IMG/VR virus record: IMGVR_UViG_3300042867_000770
From: an uncultured virus (IMG/VR IMGVR_UViG_3300042867_000770)
Taxonomy: Duplodnaviria > Heunggongvirae > Uroviricota > Caudoviricetes
Length of the DNA stretch: 64,000 nucleotides
Reading direction: 5' to 3' (one strand)
How positions within the stretch are numbered: position 1 is the stretch's first letter; every line of letters starts with the position of its first letter. Shown in pieces: positions 59,910-64,000 of the stretch. The notes under the pieces were generated by a model. The model was not told where the DNA came from. It searched no databases and was given only the letters and a program-made list of their open reading frames with translations. The position numbers and the translations under genes were made by a program.

Positions 59910-61520
59910 ATGTCAGACATCAAATCACTACTAAGCGAGACATCGAACCCAATGGTTCAACTAATGTCTCAAACCCGTGGTCTAATGACCAAATGGGAAA
60001 AAACAGGGCTTCTAGAAGGCATCAAGACCGACATGGAAAAGTCACACATGTCTATCCTTTTGGAAAATCAAGCAAAGCAACTAATTGACGAAGCTACCCG
60101 CACAGGTACCTCCGCCAATTCCGAACAATGGGCGGGCGTTGCTCTACCACTGGTTCGTCGCGTTTTCGCTGAAATCGCAGCCAAGGAATTTGTATCGGTT
60201 CAACCGATGAATCTTCCTTCTGGTCTAGTATTCTATCTGGACTTCAAATATGGTTCCAACCAAGCCGGTAAACCAAGCTTCAGCGGACAATCGCTGTTCG
60301 GCGGTACAGGCACCAAGTTGGGTTCTACCGATAGCGCAACCAATGGTCTATATGGCCAAGGTCGTTTCGGTTATACCATGAATGACTCAACAACGTCCCT
60401 AACCGGAACTGCTGCTACTGGTTCTTGGCTCGACGCAAAGTTCGTTCCAGAACTTTCCGCGTCTGTAGATGCTACCCAAATATTCCGCGTTACCGCTGAC
60501 TTGACAGGTACAGGCTATGATGCAACAGGCATCCGAGCTTTCACCGTTTCTGGTTCTGGAATCGTTGATTTCTATCCAGCATTCACCACTGTTGACACAG
60601 CCACTGACGTTGTAACATTCGTCGTATCTGGTTCCGCAATTGGAGCAACCCCAACCGTGCTTGTTGCTTATCATAAGCAACCAGAAGCCACCTCCCGTGG
60701 TGACTTTGAAGATCAAGGTGCTGGATTGCCAAACGCCACTGGCGTAGCAAACGACATTGGTATTCCAGAAGTCAATCTGGAACTGAAGAGCGAAGCCATT
60801 GTTGCCAAGACTCGTAAGTTGAAAGCCGTCTGGACACCAGAATTGGCTCAAGACTTGAATGCATATCACTCTATCGACGCAGAAGCCGAGCTAACCGCTC
60901 TTCTATCTGAATACGTTTCGATGGAAATTGATTTGGAAATCTTGGACATGTTGGTCACAGCTGCTCCAGCTGCCACAACTGAATTCTGGTCAGCTCGCGT
61001 TGGCGCTGAATACAATGCTACTCTTGGTAAGTTCCAAGACACAGCTGCTAACCGCACTGCATATGTCAAGAGCACATGGTTCCAAACCTTGGGCAACAAG
61101 ATCCAAAAGGTCTCGAACAAGATTCACCAATTGACACTGCGCGGCGGTGCAAACTTCCTAGTTTGCTCACCAGACGTTGCTACAATCATTGAATCCATTC
61201 CAGGCTTCAGTACCAACACGGACGGCGACCAAGCCAAGTTCGCAATGGGCGTTGCCAAAGTTGGCGCTCTGAGCAACCGTTGGACAGTATACAAGAACCC
61301 ATACATGACAGACAATGTTATGTTGGTAGGTTTCCGTGGAACAAACTTCCTAGAAACCGGCGCTGTTTACGCTCCATACATTCCACTGATTCAAACACCG
61401 TTGGTGTATGACCCAGTGAACTTTACTCCACGTCGTGGCGTAATGACACGTTATGCCAAGAAGATGCTCCGCCCGGAATTTTTTGGGAAAATTGTTATCG
61501 GCAACTTGGACGAAGTATAA
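59910..61520 (+). CDS. Major capsid protein (T4 gp23-like)
   Basis: LVRR, VQPMNLPSGLVFYL, KTRKLKAVWTPELAQDLNAYH, YAPYIPL and GVMTRY. Confidence 0.97.
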   Translation: MSDIKSLLSETSNPMVQLMSQTRGLMTKWEKTGLLEGIKTDMEKSHMSILLENQAKQLIDEATRTGTSANSEQWAGVALPLVRRVFAEIAAKEFVSVQPMNLPSGLVFYLDFKYGSNQAGKPSFSGQSLFGGTGTKLGSTDSATNGLYGQGRFGYTMNDSTTSLTGTAATGSWLDAKFVPELSASVDATQIFRVTADLTGTGYDATGIRAFTVSGSGIVDFYPAFTTVDTATDVVTFVVSGSAIGATPTVLVAYHKQPEATSRGDFEDQGAGLPNATGVANDIGIPEVNLELKSEAIVAKTRKLKAVWTPELAQDLNAYHSIDAEAELTALLSEYVSMEIDLEILDMLVTAAPAATTEFWSARVGAEYNATLGKFQDTAANRTAYVKSTWFQTLGNKIQKVSNKIHQLTLRGGANFLVCSPDVATIIESIPGFSTNTDGDQAKFAMGVAKVGALSNRWTVYKNPYMTDNVMLVGFRGTNFLETGAVYAPYIPLIQTPLVYDPVNFTPRRGVMTRYAKKMLRPEFFGKIVIGNLDEV

Positions 61521-61548
61521 TAGTTCATCTCTTAAACAGAGATTTTAT

Positions 61549-61581
61549 AAAAAAGACCGCTCGAAAGGGCGGTCTTTTTTT
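61549..61581 (+). terminator. Rho-independent terminator after the MCP
   Basis: aaaaagaccgctc-gaaa-gggcggtcttttt stem-loop and T-tract. Confidence 0.9.
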
Positions 61582-61643
61582 GTTTATTTATTTTGCTTTT
61601 TGGTTGGACTGGTATGTATTTATGAGTATAACTCAATCTATTT

Positions 61644-62390
61644 ATGGTAAAATCTGGAATATACAAAATAACAAATGAAATAACTGGAAAATTTTATGTC
61701 GGATCTTCTATAGATATAGATCAGCGTTTTTTGGATCACAGGAGGGATTTAAACAATAAAACTCATGTAAATATAATATTACAACGCTCGTGGGAAAAGC
61801 ATGGCGAAAAAGCATTTTCTATCGCAATATTAGAAGAATGTTCTCCGGAAAAGTGCTTTGAAAGAGAACAATATTATCTAGACACACTTCAACCATATAA
61901 ATCAATCGGGTATAATATTGGAAAACATGCCGGTGGGGGTGACAATTTTACACACAATCCAAACAAAGAATCTATGCGAGAAAAAAACAGACTGATGTCG
62001 TCGGGAGAAAATAATGCAATGTTTGGAAAAAATCACACAGACGAATCAATAGAAAAACTTAAAAACAAAGCAAAAGGTCGTTTTTCTCTTGAATGGTTTG
62101 TAGAACGAAATGGTCAAGAAATTGGTACTCAAAAATATCAAGAACGTCGTAAAATGCTATCATCTCGTAAAATCAATTATAGCCACGTAAATAAAAATAA
62201 AGGAAAAAAGATCGTTGTAGAATCGACTAGAGGAGATAGTGTGAGCCGTGGAAGAAATGCACTAAAAGGTAGAAAAGAAGAATTTTTACTTGATATATCT
62301 AATCAAGAATTGTCTAGTAAACAGATTGCTGACAAGTATGGAATATCAACTGCGGCAGTAAAGTATCACAGAAACAAGTTGAAAAAGTAA
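61644..62390 (+). CDS. GIY-YIG homing endonuclease with NUMOD3 and C-terminal HTH
   Basis: SGIYKITN..FYVGSS, REQYYLD, GYN, MFGKNHT and SSKQIADKYGIS. Confidence 0.9.
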   Translation: MVKSGIYKITNEITGKFYVGSSIDIDQRFLDHRRDLNNKTHVNIILQRSWEKHGEKAFSIAILEECSPEKCFEREQYYLDTLQPYKSIGYNIGKHAGGGDNFTHNPNKESMREKNRLMSSGENNAMFGKNHTDESIEKLKNKAKGRFSLEWFVERNGQEIGTQKYQERRKMLSSRKINYSHVNKNKGKKIVVESTRGDSVSRGRNALKGRKEEFLLDISNQELSSKQIADKYGISTAAVKYHRNKLKK

Positions 62391-62415
62391 CCGTATATAT
62401 AATATATATTATACC

Positions 62416-63210
62416 ATGCTTATGAAGAAAATATATTACTATTCATTGTGTTTGTTAACATTGGTTACTGTTTTGGTTGCCAATCCAATTGATGACAAAG
62501 CATCTCAATTTGTTGTGAATGGTGCGCCAATCAGCAAAATTGTAAAAGATACTCAGTATATAATCAAAAAGAATTATGCTATACATTATCGCTATGATAC
62601 CAAAACAGCTGAATATGTTGTAGAACATCCAACACTTGAAAAGATCAATGGAAAATCAAAACGTAAAGATGATTTTAGACCAGACCCAGAAATAGCAAAG
62701 CAACATCAATCATTATTAAGTGATTATGCTGGAAATCCATTTGATCGTGGTCATCTTGTGCCTGCTGGAGACAATACTCAAAATGATGATGTTATGAGTG
62801 AAAGTTTCTTTCTTTCTAATATGGTTCCTCAAGTTCCTAATCATAATAGAGGAATTTGGAAACAATTGGAAACTGCTGTTAGAAATTGGGTAATTGAAGG
62901 CAAAGATGTATATGTTATAACTGGCACATTTTATAACAAAGGATATAAAGAAATTGGTAATAACAAAGTTGGTATTCCAGATTATATGTGGAAAGTTATT
63001 GTAGATTCAAAATCAAACAAGGGTATTGCATTTATGTTTCCTAATGCTCCACTGCCAGTTGAAGACCTTCATAAATATATTGTATCTATATCAGAGATAG
63101 AAGTCAAGACTGGAATAAATTTCAATCCAAAGTTGCCAGAAAAACAACAAAATGAATTGGAAAAGTCAAAAGCAGATCAAAAAGATTGGTCTAGCTTAAC
63201 AAAGAAATAA
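62416..63210 (+). CDS. DNA/RNA non-specific endonuclease (NucA/EndoG family) with signal peptide
   Basis: DRGHLVPA, SFFLSNMVPQ..NRGIWKQLE and IPDYMWK; hydrophobic N-terminus. Confidence 0.92.
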   Translation: MLMKKIYYYSLCLLTLVTVLVANPIDDKASQFVVNGAPISKIVKDTQYIIKKNYAIHYRYDTKTAEYVVEHPTLEKINGKSKRKDDFRPDPEIAKQHQSLLSDYAGNPFDRGHLVPAGDNTQNDDVMSESFFLSNMVPQVPNHNRGIWKQLETAVRNWVIEGKDVYVITGTFYNKGYKEIGNNKVGIPDYMWKVIVDSKSNKGIAFMFPNAPLPVEDLHKYIVSISEIEVKTGINFNPKLPEKQQNELEKSKADQKDWSSLTKK

Positions 63211-63211
63211 T

Positions 63212-63868
63212 TTAACCAGCTGCTTTAAATACAGCAGCGTTCCAGTCCATACGTTTTTTTACACCACGATTGTTTGTGCTGCGATATTCTCTGTGGTTTA
63301 AATATTCCTTTGCAGCATCAGCAAACTTGTTTTGGTTCAACAACTTTATTGTTTTTGGTCCCATGTCACCACGATATAATGCATTGATTGTTGCAATTCT
63401 CACGGTTAATGGCATACTATCAAATTTTTCTATATGTTTTTTGGCAACATCAATCTTTTTATTAGCGTCTTTTTCAAGTAATTTCAATGCATCATCGTCA
63501 GTTATACCTTTGCTAAAATCTTCATTTGGTTGAATTTTGTGACCATAAGCAATTGTGTCACTGCCGCCTTCAACACTTTTATGTGGAAACCATAATTTCT
63601 TGACTTTATTATATCCACCTTTTGGATTGTTGATGTTGTTTTCAAATTGCTTGATTATATTCACAGCGCGAGTTGTTAAGTCGCCTGTGTCTCCTCTGTC
63701 GCTAAAATCAATATTATGCTGAGTATATGGCTTTCCTGCGCCATCCCCCGCTGGCTGTGCATATGCATGTTGTGCGGGAGGTGCAACAAGTTTGACTGGC
63801 GGTAAATCTGCCACGGCTTCAATGAGTTTTTGTTCATGTAACAGATCTTTCAGTTTTATTATACGCAT
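63212..63868 (-). CDS. Lysozyme-like muramidase (GH24-like)
   Basis: IKQFEN..DTIAYGHK, LLEKD, AAKE and KRM; the only minus-strand gene supported in the window. Confidence 0.7.
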   Translation of the reverse strand: MRIIKLKDLLHEQKLIEAVADLPPVKLVAPPAQHAYAQPAGDGAGKPYTQHNIDFSDRGDTGDLTTRAVNIIKQFENNINNPKGGYNKVKKLWFPHKSVEGGSDTIAYGHKIQPNEDFSKGITDDDALKLLEKDANKKIDVAKKHIEKFDSMPLTVRIATINALYRGDMGPKTIKLLNQNKFADAAKEYLNHREYRSTNNRGVKKRMDWNAAVFKAAG

Positions 63869-63955
63869 ATATATTATAAGTATCTATGAAACATTTATTC
63901 TATGCGTATAATAAATATACCGATGTAAATCCGAACAGATTCATATTTATATAAA

Positions 63956-64000
63956 ATGCCCGACACAAGTATAAATTACAATATTGATTCTGACAGAGTA
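63956..64000 (+). CDS. 3'-truncated gene start (MPDTSINYNIDSDRV)
   Basis: ATG 5 nt after an ATATTTAT box; open to the window end. Confidence 0.45.
   Translation, partial: MPDTSINYNIDSDRV

Noticed and set aside
49417..61520. Introns or inteins in terminase, portal or capsid genes
   Set aside because: ORFs are continuous and of expected size with no intein terminal motifs seen; the GIY-YIG genes appear free-standing.
1..64000. Stop-codon reassignment
   Set aside because: TAG stops are rare (one noted, at 49424), but core genes are intact under the standard code with no fragmentation.
1..64000. tRNA or rRNA genes
   Set aside because: No intergenic gap showed a convincing cloverleaf or T-loop by eye; a tRNAscan-SE/Aragorn run would be needed to exclude them fully.

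Overview
AT-rich, gene-dense, almost entirely plus-strand fragment of a large T4-related (myovirus, probably jumbo) phage genome. It carries the head module (large terminase, portal, prohead protease, scaffold, major capsid protein), a baseplate/virion module, a gp55-like late sigma factor, a replication/recombination islet (RuvC-like resolvase, primase, Mre11-Rad50 fusion), three GIY-YIG endonucleases, auxiliary genes (Hsp20, peptide deformylase, secreted nuclease, lysozyme) and two glycosyltransferase/methyltransferase clusters. Most notable: (1) two GIY-YIG genes are each overlapped by a homologous, unannotated 52-54 aa basic ORF starting exactly 40 nt upstream in another frame; (2) a 1.3 kaa RNA-ligase-like/HIGH/2x nucleotidyltransferase protein whose domains are separated by linkers resembling the helical xxE leaders that start many small head-region proteins, suggesting a protease-processed, capsid-packaged polyprotein; (3) a probable virion protein O-glycosylation system (GT60-like and TibC/Aah-like transferases, plus Pro/Thr- and Ser/Gly-rich candidate substrates); (4) a recurrent ATA(T/C)TTAT box before about 19 genes, paired with an AT-hook-bearing late sigma factor. 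All calls come from motif recognition by eye; no database searches were run.
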